From Octopus vulgaris (Eukaryota), in NCBI GenBank assembly GCA_951406725.2, contig OX597825.1, positions 86,552,001 to 86,616,000 on the forward strand: a stretch of 64,000 bases of DNA. Direction: 5' to 3'. Position 1 is the stretch's first letter. Every line of letters starts with the position of its first letter. Shown one piece after another: positions 50,891-64,000 of the stretch. A program made the translations under genes and the position numbers. The notes beneath the pieces were generated by a model. It had not been told where the DNA came from. It was given only the letters and a program-made list of their open reading frames with translations, and searched no databases.

Positions 50891-53800
50891 CTGAATTTCT
50901 TAATGTTATATTTTGTTAATGGTAAGAATAAATTTTAATTTTTGTGTACTTCCTTGAATTGAGGGAATGTTTTTCTTTCTTTCACTTCTTTAATTTTGGG
51001 TGTTTTTAACAGATGGAGCATAATTGCTTTTTTAATTACTTCTGTTCAGCCGTCGGAACACACACACACACACACACACACACATACTTGTAGACACGTA
51101 ACTATTGCATGGAGATGTCCATATACACACTTTCATATGTACATTTACATATAATGCACATGTTTAAGCATATGTATATGCATAAAATTGCACCTATTTT
51201 GTGTATACAAACACATTTAAGCATACAATATGTACATATACAAACTTGTGTGTGTGTATAAACTGAAGTTGTCCTTGCAAGGGTATAAAACAAACAAAAA
51301 ACAAAAGTGGTTTAACATTGTTTACGCAAGATCTTTCTACTCTTGATTATGTCACCCGGTTCTACAAGAGTTAAGAATAATTTTTCACAAAGTTGCATTG
51401 TTTCAATTTCTATTTACATACCATCTTTAGCTTGGGTGTTAAGTAGATGAATTCTTCAGAGAAAGTCACATGCAAAATATAATCATTTTGTATGCAGTGA
51501 GTGTAATTTATAATTATGTACAGCTGCATATACATGTGTGTTTACACACACATATATATGCATTTATACATACATACACACAATCATAGATTTATAAGAA
51601 ATTAATGGATTAGAATTTAATAAGTATGTTAGTGGTTGTTTCGAACAAGACTTCATTTCTTCTTCATGTTTTTCTGAATCCAAACTGAATTCTGAGTAAA
51701 GTGGATGCTGCAATCCTATTGATTGAATCAATTAGCACAGTTAAAGTCTAGATTCTATTGCAATTCCTGAGACAGAAGCTACCAAGTATAGACTTTCTCC
51801 TAAGGCAAATGTCTTTCTCTCTCTCTGTCCTAAGACAAGATTCTTATCTGTAGTGAAGCTATTTGGTTCGTGCATCTTATGGCCGTAGATGCCGATCTAT
51901 TATTACAAGAATTCTCTTATTATGCATGGTCCATTGAACAAAAAAACAATTCTTGATAATTGGATGGCCAACTTGGTTCAGATTAATTCCCTTCTGCATG
52001 CTGTTGCTAATATTGTAGTAAGTTAAGAGAAAATGAAGTTAACATCATCATATATCTATAGAGAGCACCATTTTCTGCTACTAGAGAACTGATAAATGTA
52101 TTATAAATTCTTTTTTATCTCTCTGTCTTATATTCCTTTTATTCTGTTTAATCAATACATTTTATGGATTAATAAATTGTGCTCAAGTAAAAGCTTTATT
52201 CTCTATTTTCGATGTTAATGTATGATTAGATGGAAAGGATTCTCCGACTACCAATGTTGTTTCTGCTCAGTTCTTTTGCCAAATGTAACATCTGAGTGTA
52301 TTTATAGCTTGTCATCAGTTCATTGATGTAGCTCAGCTGCTGCTGTTTCATCAGAATTATTGCAATTCTACAGTTTGGATGCTACTATTGTAACAGACAC
52401 CCCCACCATAGTGTTTTTATGGGGAAGGGCAGTATTGTTTGTGATTCGAGTCTTTCCTAAACTAGTGGGTCATAACAATGATGGTGTCTTACATAGGCAT
52501 GGGATCTGAAAAATTCGGGGAAGGTTGCTAGTTGATCACATTAACCCCAGCACTTGACTGCTACTCTATTTTATTGACTCTAAAAGGACGAATGGCAAAG
52601 TTGATCTCAGCAGAATTTGAACTCACAATATAAAGAACCAGAAGAAATGCCACTAAACATTCTGTCAGTTTGTTACTTTAATAATAATAATAATAATTAA
52701 AAAGAGTTTAATGTCCTTAATATTCAATTCAAACTCACACTCTTGCATAGCTATGGAGTTAAGAATTTCCCTTTCTGTGTTTTCATGTTTGGTTCTTGAG
52801 CACAGCACCTTGATCAAATGTCTTTTGCTTCACCCTCAGGCTGACCAGCGGGACACTTTGGCCAAATGTCTTTACCATAACCTCAGGTCAAACAAAACCT
52901 TGTAAGTGGAATTTGGTTGACCGGAATAGTGTGGAGGTCCACTGAATGGACTGTTCTTGGGTTGTAGATTTAATCCTTTGTCCAGTTTTAATACAATCAC
53001 TTGACCCTTAGGATATCTTTAAAGTCCATTGAAAATTGGATTCAGTTTGCTGTCACCTAATAATTGAGTAGTGTCTTAGTGTTGAGGAGTTGTGTACCAT
53101 GTCAACAAGTGTACTCTATTTACTCTCTACCTAGTTGACAGATGTACTCTATTACAATGAAGCGTGAGAAACTTGACAATTCTGGTGCAGTTTTGGCTAT
53201 GTAAAATTTATGAAGTTTCCGAACTGTATATTTACAAGTCCAGACATAAGGATTGTAGTTTTGTTTCTTTCTGATGGATATTATAACTGAACTTTGCTGC
53301 TTTTTAAATCTAGATTCTCAGTTATTTATATTGCTAGGAGACTTTAGTTAATTGATATCAAATAATTGATATGAAAGGAACAAATCTGAAATGTTCTTTT
53401 ATTCCTTACACCTATTTGAATTCATATTGGACATATAGAGACAGGCTATCACCTGTTTCCATGGATTCCTGAGTTTACCCAAATAATTTACAAGTTGCTT
53501 GACCATTTTGCTTTTGGGCCTCTTTTTAAGCCTTTTCACCAGCCAGTTCTCTTTAATATCTGGAGGTATCACTTGAAATGCTTTTTTTAAACCCAAAATG
53601 CCTTGAGTTTTAACTTTTATTTTGGTATGTTGTATTTAATTAAAATAAAGTAATAATTGTTGATTGGTCACAGGTCAGTCCTCATTGAGCTCATCTATGA
53701 TCAACGGTGTATGGTTTGAGGGAGATTTGGAAGCTATTTCTAGAACACATAGCTATATGCATTGGCTAGTAGCGAGCCATATTTATGGCTGGAATAAATC

Positions 53801-56800
53801 TTAGAAAATTGAAGACAGTCATTAGTTTTTATTGGAGCTTTCACTAATCTCTGAAGATTACAGGATGATGAGAAGATCTTACTTTAGCTGTTGTGTATTT
53901 GCTTAAGGCATGTTCATATAATTTTGCTTGTTCCATTTGACAAGGGTTCCACTCCTACTTCACAGTTGAGTGGTTAGCGAAGGAAAAGATATTCTACTGT
54001 ATAAACAATTGCACAAGCAACGATAGAACATAAAAAAGATTTAAAAAGAAACAGACAAAAGACTAGCTTTGGGAACCTTTTGTTCATAGCATAAAATAGC
54101 TGAGGTTGGGAGTCAGCATGCTGTTATCTGATTCCCTAATGTAGTAGGCCCCAAAAAGGCTCTGCTCACAAGTCTTGCCCCCCCCCCATCTCTGATTTAT
54201 AAATAAAATATTACAATATATTTATTGTAGTAGCTGACATTGAAGGATAGCAACCTCTACCATTGCTGTTTGCTAGTGAAATATTAACTTTCTGGCTACA
54301 TTACTCTATTGATTTCTTTTTGATTAGGTACAATGTTCCAGCTGAAAGGAACAGGGAACTGCGGGGTTTAATATAATAATAATCTCCCAAATAGTACTAC
54401 TTGTGGCATAAACTGAAGTGGTAATGGCTACATTTTAGGAGTGAAAAGTGGGTCACCTGACTCAGTGCTGTTGGGATTTTACATCACAGCACTTGTAAAT
54501 GGCAGAGTAAATATTTGCTTTTCTGAAATGGATCCTCACATTTTTATTACATCATTTCATCTGAAATAACTTCTGTCTTAACCCTTTCAATACAAATACC
54601 TTTACATTGATGGTGCATTTTATGTTAAAAGAAAATGGAATTAATTTTATGAGATTTAAAAAAAAAAGCCAGAATGTACATTATTTAAAATCCTGTGAAA
54701 ATAAATTTTACAAATCTCATTTCATATACGTAATTTCCTGACCATTTCAATATCTTCAGTTATCATAAGGAGAATGAAGAATCTAGCTTTTCAGAATGCT
54801 GCCATTCCTCTGAGAAAAACAATGTAAAGTGTTGTTGTTGTTGTCTCTTTGTTTAGACACAACCAAAGTGAAAAAATTGAATCACTTTCTGTATGTGGTG
54901 AAGGGCTGCAACTCCTGACCCATTATTTACCTTTCACATCAATTAAAACTTAATAAAGCTCTCCTTTGAACTATTGTTGATGTAACAGACTCCTTCACAG
55001 ATTTTAGCTGACCTCGTTTGTCAAGTGTCAGCATACATCTGCCCCTATATGTGCAGGCTTGAGGAACGCTAGTAGCCATCCATTCATGCCAGTCTCCCCT
55101 CTCCATGCCACCAGTGTTTTTTCCAAGGGAATAGCCACCAACTTTGCTGAAAACAGCTTGGCACTGGTGTTGTCCCAGATCTTACTCTAAGAATACAAAG
55201 AACCAGAACATCTGCTACAACATATCTCACATGACCCTCCCACAGCTCTGATAATCCACTGCCCTCTATTCCATTTTATTGACACCAGAAGGACAAAAGG
55301 AATAGTTGGTCTCAAGGGAATTTGAACACAGATCCACTGACACATTCTATCCATCACTCTTACAACTGCCAATTAAATCCTCATTCACCAGAATTTTGGA
55401 TTCCATTTTTGTTTTTTAACACAAAAAGTTCCAGCTCAAGAAGATTGGTCTGTTATAAAGGTCTGAAGTGCATTTTCTGCACTGTTTACCTGTAGACTTT
55501 AAAACTTGTAGCCAGAATTATAAAACTAATTTATTAGGGTTAATTTGTATTTTTGTTTGTTTATAATTTTTTTGCTTCTTACAATATCTGAGGTGAAGTG
55601 CTGACTTGTTGAAGTTTGTTGCTGCTACTACAAGTAGTAGTAGCACCACTAGTGTTAGTAGTAGTATTACAGCTGCTGCTGTTAAACTTTAGTTTTTACA
55701 ACAGAACCAAAATGTTTTTAATCAAATATTATTATTGCAATCTCATTTGTTTATTTAGATGATAATTAAATCCAAATGGGATGGATTTCTCCCTCTCTGT
55801 ATGTCTCTCTCTCTCTCTGTAAAGAGCATATTCTTTGGGTTTTTTTTTTGTTCTTTTACTGTATGCCCCAACTAATCTATAAGTTAGAGTGACAGATCTA
55901 ATTTAGTTATTGTAGTCTGTTTTAATTATGCGGATTACTGAAGCTGGTCACCTCAGGGGAAAGCAGTTCCATTGTGACTGTTTCTCAGCATAAAAAGAAA
56001 AAGCCTCTCTCTCTCTCTCTCTCCCTCTCCCCCTCTTTCACTAACTCCTCAGCTGATTACATTTATTAGTTGTTTCTACAACAACCAAAATGTGACACCA
56101 GCTTGATTGCTGGATGTCAGGAGCAGTGAAATGAAGGGAGATGGAGGCTGTATAATTGTATTAGTAGTTGTGTTGAACCCTAGGTCATTCCTGATCAAGA
56201 TGGTCAGAAGCAGTCCAGGTTGAATCTTTTTATTCAGTGATAATGGATTCAAGATTTACTTTAATCTAGTCTCCTGCTATTGACCAGAGTATCGGATGTT
56301 GTTCTACATTGCTCCTTAATTTGCTCCTTCACATTGTAATGAGCCGTTATCTAATATATCCCCTGTTACTTTCATGACAATAGGATGTGATTTCAGGGTA
56401 ATTGTGACTCCTATTTCTAGCAAGGTTCAGTAATGCAGTAGAGGAGTTGGTCTGTAGCATCCCCTTGAGAGTGGTGTTGTGGGCTTAGAAGAGGGCAGCA
56501 AGTGTCAAAAGGAGCTGCTATGGGGTGGTGCTAGGTGTTTTGAGGCCCATGATTTCTTTCAGATAGAAAATATATCAATTGGGCACAATAGAGTCTCTTT
56601 GAGAATAAAACACAAACTGGTTTTTGGCGTTATTGGGAAGTGGAAAAATGAACTGACCATGTGCCAAGCTCTAATATAATTTCATTATGCAAGTTCTCAG
56701 CTTCAGTAATTTTCATAAAAATTTAACTCGGGGGTGGGGATGGGGGTCCATAATAAAATAGGGGCAATAAACAAACCATTGCACAAAATTAGTTTCTATT

Positions 56801-57564
56801 TGATTAAAATAATTTTGTATTTCTTTTTCAATTTTTTGTATTCTCCATGAATTGGTAGAATCATTACTTAGTTGAACAAAAATGCCTTTTGTAATTTTCA
56901 AGCTTTCAACACTTTGAGTTCAAATTCTGCTGAGGTTGCCTTTAGTTCTTAGCCTTTTGTAGCTCTCAGCTATTGGGGGAAATTCTGTTTCCCCACTCCC
57001 CACTACATTTCTGGCCTTGTGTCTAAGGAGGAGATTCTTATTTAAAAAAGAAAACTTTGCTTCCAAAATCAAAATGCCATTCTATAACTCATAGCACTCT
57101 TGACTTCTGGTTCTTGGAAATGTATGAAAGAAATTCCCTCTTCCGTGTAATGACTGTGTGTGAAGGAGAAAGTGAGAGCTGTTATGTCAACCTTCTGGTT
57201 GCGGGTTTAATGCCCCTTCATTTTTTCAAAATTGATTTTCGAGAGATCTTCCAATTATTTTTCTTAGGTTGAATTTACAATATTTTGATTGATTTTCGTA
57301 AAAAAAAAAAAACAAAAAAAAAAAAAAGACATCTTTACAATATCTTGTTCACATGTCTATGGAGTATTGACTTGTAGAGTTGCCGATTCATACTGCAGTC
57401 AAGCTAAGACGAAAGATGCAGTGAATTATGAAATGCTGCAAAGATGAGATTGTTACAAACAGGTTGAAAGTTGTGTGTGTGTATTTGGGAGTGTTTTACT
57501 GCTTTGATGTTTTGAAAGCTCTCAAACTTTTGACTTTTTATTCAAACTCACCAGAGATAGGAGA

Positions 57565-57782
57565 TTTTGGTATTCACATTTCTTTGTCAAATGTGTTGCC
57601 CCTTTATTTACATTGTTTTGAATTAATCCTGCATTCTTTTGTAGCTTCGAGATTTCAATGGTGTGTTTGTGTATTTTTAGAATGGCATTGTAGGGTAGGT
57701 GTGAGCAGTTGGATCTGGTCAGTTTGAGCCTGAAACAGGTAGAATATTTGGGCTGGATATGGCTGGTTTAAATGCCAAATGG
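57565..57782 (+). mobile_element. piggyBac-type MITE, same family
   Basis: Shares gaattaatcctgcatt..gtagggtaggtgtgag..ggctggtttaaatgc and ends in GG|TTAA; left end eroded. Confidence 0.65.
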
Positions 57783-59359
57783 TTAAACTGAAACTCATGA
57801 GACGCCGTGATGATTCAATGGTTGAAGGACACTACCAAGCAGTGTGACTTGCCGTATTATAATTGTTCTCTTCAGACAACGTACCTTGGCCGATTTCAGC
57901 TTTGAAACATAATTTGTAGGTCTTCTCACATCTGCAGTGTTTCAGTGGCTTATAAGGCAGATTACTATAAACTTACTATAAACTAAAAGAAATTTCTATT
58001 TAAAGATCAGTTCAAACCTCCTTGTAAGCAATTATATGTTTAGATTTGTAAACTTGTGTGAATTCCACATGAATTAGAAAACAGTGATGAATGAAACTTT
58101 AGTAAATATAATTCTAAGCTTTTATTATAAATGGACTATAGAAAATAGGGCCTTTAAAGCTCCACAAAAGGGAAAATTGAGCATTGGTATGCATGGCAAT
58201 CAAACCTACATCTCTTTTAAGGGTTTGATTCCCAAGTGTACTAATGTCCAATCTTTTTTTTTCTCTTACAGGGATTTATATGCCCCAATATTGGACTATT
58301 TTCTATCGTCAATAAACAGTAAAAGCTTATTTGTTTATGGTATGTTGTTGTTGTTTAGCTGCAGGTCATTGGCCACCATAGTGTTCTGGCCAGTCATCCA
58401 TCCCATCTGTTTGTCGGACAGTGTATCTAGGACTACATTATTTAATGTTGTTTTTCTGTTTGAAGACATCAGTAGGATGTTGTTTGATAGGGATTTGGTT
58501 GCTATATCTAGCCAGTCAAGTAAGAGCTTGTTCTCTAGTATATTCAATATCTGTATGTCAATGCTGGTATGAGATTGAAGGGTCAGCAGAATAACATGTC
58601 TGTGTTTTGATCTGGTCTTGACTCATTTGTGTGAGGAAATTCCTCCCAAATTTTCCTACATCTTTCTGACTTTACCATTTTTTTACCTTGCAAATATAAC
58701 ATACATTTGCATTATATATCTGTAGTTGTCTTTCCACCAATGTTTCTGATGGTTGGCTGTTTTTTTTTTTTTTCCACATTAAGAAGAAATTCACTTTTTC
58801 TTTTTCAAATTGCAAATCAATCTTCTGGAGCGGATATTCAAATCTGTTTTCTCTACTGTATACTTGATAAATAGATCGGTCCTTATGTAGAGCTCGAGTA
58901 ACTTGCCTGTAATATACTAACTTCTCTTTGATACATTCCTTATTGTTAGCTTGGCACCTTCTTTGTGCAAACTAGATGGATTTAGGCAATATGCAAGAGT
59001 CTTGTTTACAACCTCAACTGGAGAATTGCAGAGGTCTCTCTTCCCAATGACATGCATCTGGGTTTTTAGGTAGGAGGAATTACAACCGTGTTTCGTGGTC
59101 TGCTACCACAACAGCTCCTTTATAGGATCCAAAGACATCATCAGGAGGAACCATGTCCGGTTTTGGCCCCTACTCCTCTACCGTTTTGACGTGGCGCCCC
59201 CCCACATTTCGGAGGTGTCTTCAGCTCTGGTGTTGGGTGCATGTCTTCTTTCTTCAGTTCCCTCGCTTCTTCGATGTATAAGCTTGTGTGCATTGTTTTA
59301 TTTTAATATGAAAGATGTAAATCTATCAAAGTAACTGTTATCTGTTTCAATTATTGAAG

Positions 59360-59512
59360 GTGCAAGTTGCCATAAAGTGTTTGAGCCGGGATCGTATGCA
59401 AAATGGAGTGGCAGAATTTCTGAAGGAGGCTAACATTATGCAAACTATTGACCATGAGAACATCGTGCGAATGTTTGGAGTAGTCTTGGACAAAGAAAGC
59501 TCTCTCATGTTG
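59360..59512 (+). CDS. PR2: Internal coding exon of the ACK-family tyrosine kinase (subdomains II-IV: VAIK lysine, alphaC glutamate, HENIV)
   Basis: ttgaag acceptor and TTG|gtaagt donor; 153 nt, phase 0-0. Translates VQVAIKCLSRDRMQNGVAEFLKEANIMQTIDHENIVRMFGVVLDKESSLML and continues the previous exon in frame (..NNDK|VQVAIK..). Confidence 0.95.
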
Positions 59513-60827
59513 GTAAGTCGACATTTCTTTATCTATTTTGAAATTCTGAATTTTTTTCCCCCACCCTTTCGTTTATTCCTTGTCTTATGTTGTCCATTTT
59601 TGTAAAGTTGACCTTGTAATAATATCATTTCTACTTGAAATAAACAATCAACTAGACACCCTCCCCCCTCGTCATATACTAGCTCAAAACAGTTCATAAA
59701 CTACTTGAAATGATAGAGAACCAAACTCATACTCTGCAAGTGTTCCCCCCCCCTTTAAACCTTCTTTCTGAAATATCTATCTGAACTCTATTCTATATGA
59801 ATATGGAGATGTACAGTTGTGGAATCAGAATTTTGAATACAAAAAATAAAAAAAAAATCTCATTGAAACATTTTATGTTCCTTCTTGCGTCTTTGAATTA
59901 AAATGTTGAGTTTCACTTCCTGTGATTTTTTATATTTTCACTCCATTGAGCAGTTACAGACATCAGGAACTATCTTTGTTTCTTCTTCTTCTTTGTACAC
60001 TCAGACTATTCCTAATGGGGTAGTGCTGCTACAAGATCCCCAACTTGAAACTAGTAATTCCTGATCTATATTTTACAACAGTTATGCTTTTCAATTCACT
60101 CTTAAAGTTATCTTTTTCTTGTTTGTAACTCTATATTTTCTATTTTTAGTGCCAGATAAGGTCTCCGAATTGGTGTTAATTATTAGATAACTTCAATTTA
60201 ATGATTTCATGTTATATTTCAAATCTTTTATCCCTATATTACTGTCAAATATATTTTTTATTTCTGGAAATATATAGTTGGTTATTTTCTAGTTTCTTCA
60301 CGCAAAGAAATCCTTGAAATCTAAATATCTTAGCCATAACAAATATTCCTTTAATCTTTTTAATGATATCAATTATTGGACCCATTTTTTGAATACAAAG
60401 GAACACACTCAACATCACACACTGGTACACACATGCACTGTATATATATATATATATATATATATTCATATTCGTTTTTTTCTTATATTTGTTTGTCATT
60501 TGACTGTGGCCATGCTGGAGCACTGCCTCTAGTCGAACAAATCAACTCCAGAACTTATTCTTTGGAAGCCTATTACTTATCTTATTGGTCTCGTTTGCCA
60601 AACCGCTAAGTTACGAGGACATAAACACACCAACATTGGTTGCCAAGCAATGGTGGGTGGACAAACACACACACAAAATGGGCTTCTTTCAGTTTCCGTC
60701 TACCAAATCCAATCACAAGGCCTTCGTTGGCCCGAGGCTATAGTGAACACTTGCCCAAGGTGCCATGCAGTGCGACTGAACCCAGAACCATGTGGTTGGT
60801 AAGCAACATACTTACCACACAGCTGTA

Positions 60828-60861
<34 letters not shown>

Positions 60862-60867
<6 letters not shown>

Positions 60868-61330
60868 CCAAAATGTATAGTATTAAATATCCATCATTGC
60901 TGGTCTTACCAATTGGTTTCGTGCAAGGAATGCAATGGAGTGTTGGGTAACAATCTGATTATATAACTTTACACTTGTCAGAGTTAGCTGACACAAAAGG
61001 GAATATGGCAATTGCTCTTTATTGTCAGAGGTGGATTAGCACAACCAGTCAGCGGCTGCTATGGAAGTGGGTTGTGAAACAAAAATATCGTCCTAACCTA
61101 ATCCCCTGGACCTTTTTTGTTTCTCCTAACCGAATCCCCTGGCCCCTTTTTGTTCCCTAACCTAATCCTAATACCTAACACTCCATTGTATTCTTTACAT
61201 GAAACCGATTGGTAAGATCAGCCGTGATGGATATTTAATCCTGTACATTTCGGATAATACCCCCACTCCACTGACAGATCTACGAGTGCAACTTTTACCT
61301 GACTTATGGTCTCTTAGATGACTCACGTGC
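60862..61330. mobile_element. Fold-back MITE-like element embedded in a (TA)n tract
   Basis: 88-bp imperfect inverted repeats at 60862-60949 and 61172-61259; internal tandem of about 32 bp containing CCTAAC; (TA)n on both flanks. Confidence 0.75.
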
Positions 61331-61576
61331 ATATATATATATATATCTCACTTAAACCCTTTGATAGTGGGTTGGAGGTATTTAAAATGAGATTGCAATA
61401 CAGGTTTAAGACTAGTTTGGCTCATCCTTCTTTATCTGTTCAAAAAAATATTCTGTATAAGGTGTGTATATCTGTTGATACGTAGTGATGGCTCAAATCT
61501 ATAGATATACAGTATTCTCTCTCTCTCTCACACACAATGTTTTTCTGTGTCTGCATGTTTATTTTTTTATAGTTAA

Positions 61577-61960
61577 CTATCACTATGACCCGGCAACACC
61601 CGGTCATAGTGCTAGTGCATGCATATACAGCTGCGTGCGTGCACACATACACGCGAGTACTGTCCAAATCTCTGACCGATCACATACAGCTATAGCTGGC
61701 ATTCAATTGGCGTATCAAGTTTCGGGCATTTTGATTGGGTTTTGGATAGAAAATCCTCAAAAACGTCACTTCTATTGATTTTTTAATGGCTTTACGGGAT
61801 GACTGGGGAAATGTAAAGATGTGCATGACCACCCTTGGATGGTTTTGAATGACCATAAAAAGTGCGAGCCCTCTAACTGAAAAATTGTGGATTTGTATAA
61901 ATGACACACACACACACACACGCACACACACACACATTTTGCCGTTTAAATATAGAGAGA
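61577..61960 (-). mobile_element. Non-autonomous Helitron-like element, copy 2
   Basis: Reverse complement of 22307-22663 with the same A|TC...TAG|T boundaries and the hairpin cactatgacccggcaacacccggtcatagtg. Confidence 0.7.
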
Positions 61961-64000
61961 TGGTGTTATCAGTGGAGATGTGTTATCTCAATAGTTATCT
62001 CCTCCTTTTTATGTAGTAAATCTACCATTGCATATTGTGAACCTGTGATTTAAATCTCTTTGAATGTTCTAGAAAAGTTTGCATGTCCACTGGAAAGTAC
62101 ATCTCTGTGCTTTTCCTGACTTAAAGATTTTGCAGTGTGTGAGGTCATTGAGGATTTCAGGTTTGTTTAGTGTACTACTTGTCTTGAGTATCTGATTCCT
62201 TTAGAAGAATTTCCGTTATTAAATGTTCAATGTTATAGATACTAATGCAAAATAATTTACTCAAAACTAAACTTCATATTTTGATTTTGAGAAGAGTTGA
62301 ATATCTTCTCCCAAATTTTCTTCCTCCTTGCCAATATTTATTTCCTTCTTCTATGGAAATCTCTAATTGTATTTGATACTATTCAAAGCAGAATTCCTCT
62401 GCAGCTAATTATTTCCTTATCTGCTTCCACTCAGTCTTTTATTTATTTATTTTTTTTGCTATATTGATTGCTAGAAATTCTTCTACTTCTTACTTCATGT
62501 TGATTGCATTTCTTGGACTAAACATTGATTATTTAGTATTTCCCCTTATCTTTAGCTACTTCCTTAGAGAACTCTCCTTAGTAATTCCTTTTTCTGGAAT
62601 AACCATCATCATATTGGAAAATACAATATACTGTTCTTTCTGAAAACTTGCAAAATGATAGAAACATTTGTGAACACTAATAAAATACTGTGTTTCTTGA
62701 TACGGTATAACTTTTGTGTGTGTGTGTGTGTGTGTGTGTATACACACATGCATGGACAGAGAGAAAGAGCACAAATATAGGAGATATCTAATATGTTTGT
62801 TAAAGAGTTATCTCTTAAAATGTGACATAAATAAGAAATTAAATAAATTTCCTCTTATAAAATTCTCTTGCTGATAAAAAGAAATAAAAATTTGTTATAA
62901 TTAGGAGATAAAATGTAGAAAAATAGCAAAAACTGTAGATTCCGCAATGAGTTTGTTGTTTTCTTTTTTTCTTTTTGTGATTGTGCTTTCTTCAAGATAA
63001 AGGTTATATAAGCTAAGAATTTTTAGCGTTTTTTTTTAAACATAAGAGTTTCTAGTTTTCTAGAATGTCATGTGGAAAGATTAGTTCATATTGAAATAGT
63101 GAAGATAAACTAGTTTTGGTTAGTATTGAGATGGATGACTTGTTTAGAAACCCAGGAACTGTCAGGATGTTCTTATATTTGTGGTTAAAGTGCTCAGCTG
63201 ATCATTATATGGTTGTCTTTTAAAACTGTACTAAAGCATTGGATTGGTGATGTAACGTAGCTGAGTGGTTAAGGAGTCTACTTTGCAGTCACAGAGTTTC
63301 AGGTTTGATCCCACTGTATGAGATCTTGGGCAAGTGTCATTTTCCATAGCCTTAGATTGACCCATACCTTGTGAGTGAAATAGGTGTTGATGGAAACTGT
63401 ATGGAATCTTGTTGGGTAGATTTTAACTGTAATGTAAAGGGGTACCTTTGTCACCCCATTGTTTACGCAGTGCTTGAGAATTATATCAAAGGTACTTGGC
63501 AATCCTGTTGGTGATGGTGCTATGTAAAAAGCTCCCAGTCCACTCTGTAAAGTGGTTGGCATTAGGAAGGGCACCCAGCTGTTGAAGCTCTGCCAAATGG
63601 AGCCTGGTGCTGCTCTGAGGCTTGCCAGCTCCTATCAAATCACTGTACCCATGCTAGCATGAAAAACAGGCATTAAATGATGTGCATGTGTTTGTGGAAT
63701 ACTCAGCCACTGGCATGTCAATTCAAAAGAGAAATTAGTTGATGGAGAAACCGAATCATTGAACAACAGACACCAACCGTAATAATATTGGATTGTGTGG
63801 GTCTGCGTATTGAAAACCTTAGGTGTAAACTATGAGATGAAGTGTAGGTGTGTGTGTGTGTGGTGGGGTAGAGTAAATCATTAGGATGGGGGGAAATGGA
63901 CTCAATCACAGGAACTAATTATCATAATTTAGAGTTAGTGTTAATTAATTTTGTCTTGTGTGTCTTTGGTTTTGTTCTTGGTTCTTACCATAAAGTTCTT

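Noticed and set aside
58084-58572. 162-aa ORF between the kinase exons
   Set aside because: No kinase similarity, overlaps an interspersed repeat, and the flanking exons already join in frame without a gap.

Overview
AT-rich, strongly CpG-depleted eukaryotic genomic DNA that is almost entirely intronic and rich in repeats. The SINE, MITE and microsatellite families look like those of coleoid cephalopods (Octopus); this taxon call is inferred from repeat recognition. One protein-coding gene is supported, on the + strand: an ACK-family non-receptor tyrosine kinase closest to Drosophila Ack-like/PR2. It has two clean phase-0 exons (47567-47773 and 59360-59512) covering the kinase N-lobe, and the rest of the gene lies beyond the window. 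A CpG-rich island at about 16.0-19.9 kb holds a candidate first coding exon (MAWFKK, gccATGG, GTATGT donor) that would give an isoform without the N-terminal SAM domain. A candidate 42-nt in-frame microexon lies at 21825-21866. The remainder is transposon-derived: two internally deleted mariners, hAT/Tigger/piggyBac-type MITEs, Helitron- and Helentron-type elements, several tRNA-derived SINE families (often nested) and LINE 3' fragments. The most unusual feature is a 420-bp palindrome (39515-39934) made of two head-to-head copies of a tRNA-headed element, each carrying a degenerate minimal hammerhead ribozyme motif. Nearly all ORFs in the supplied track are spurious.
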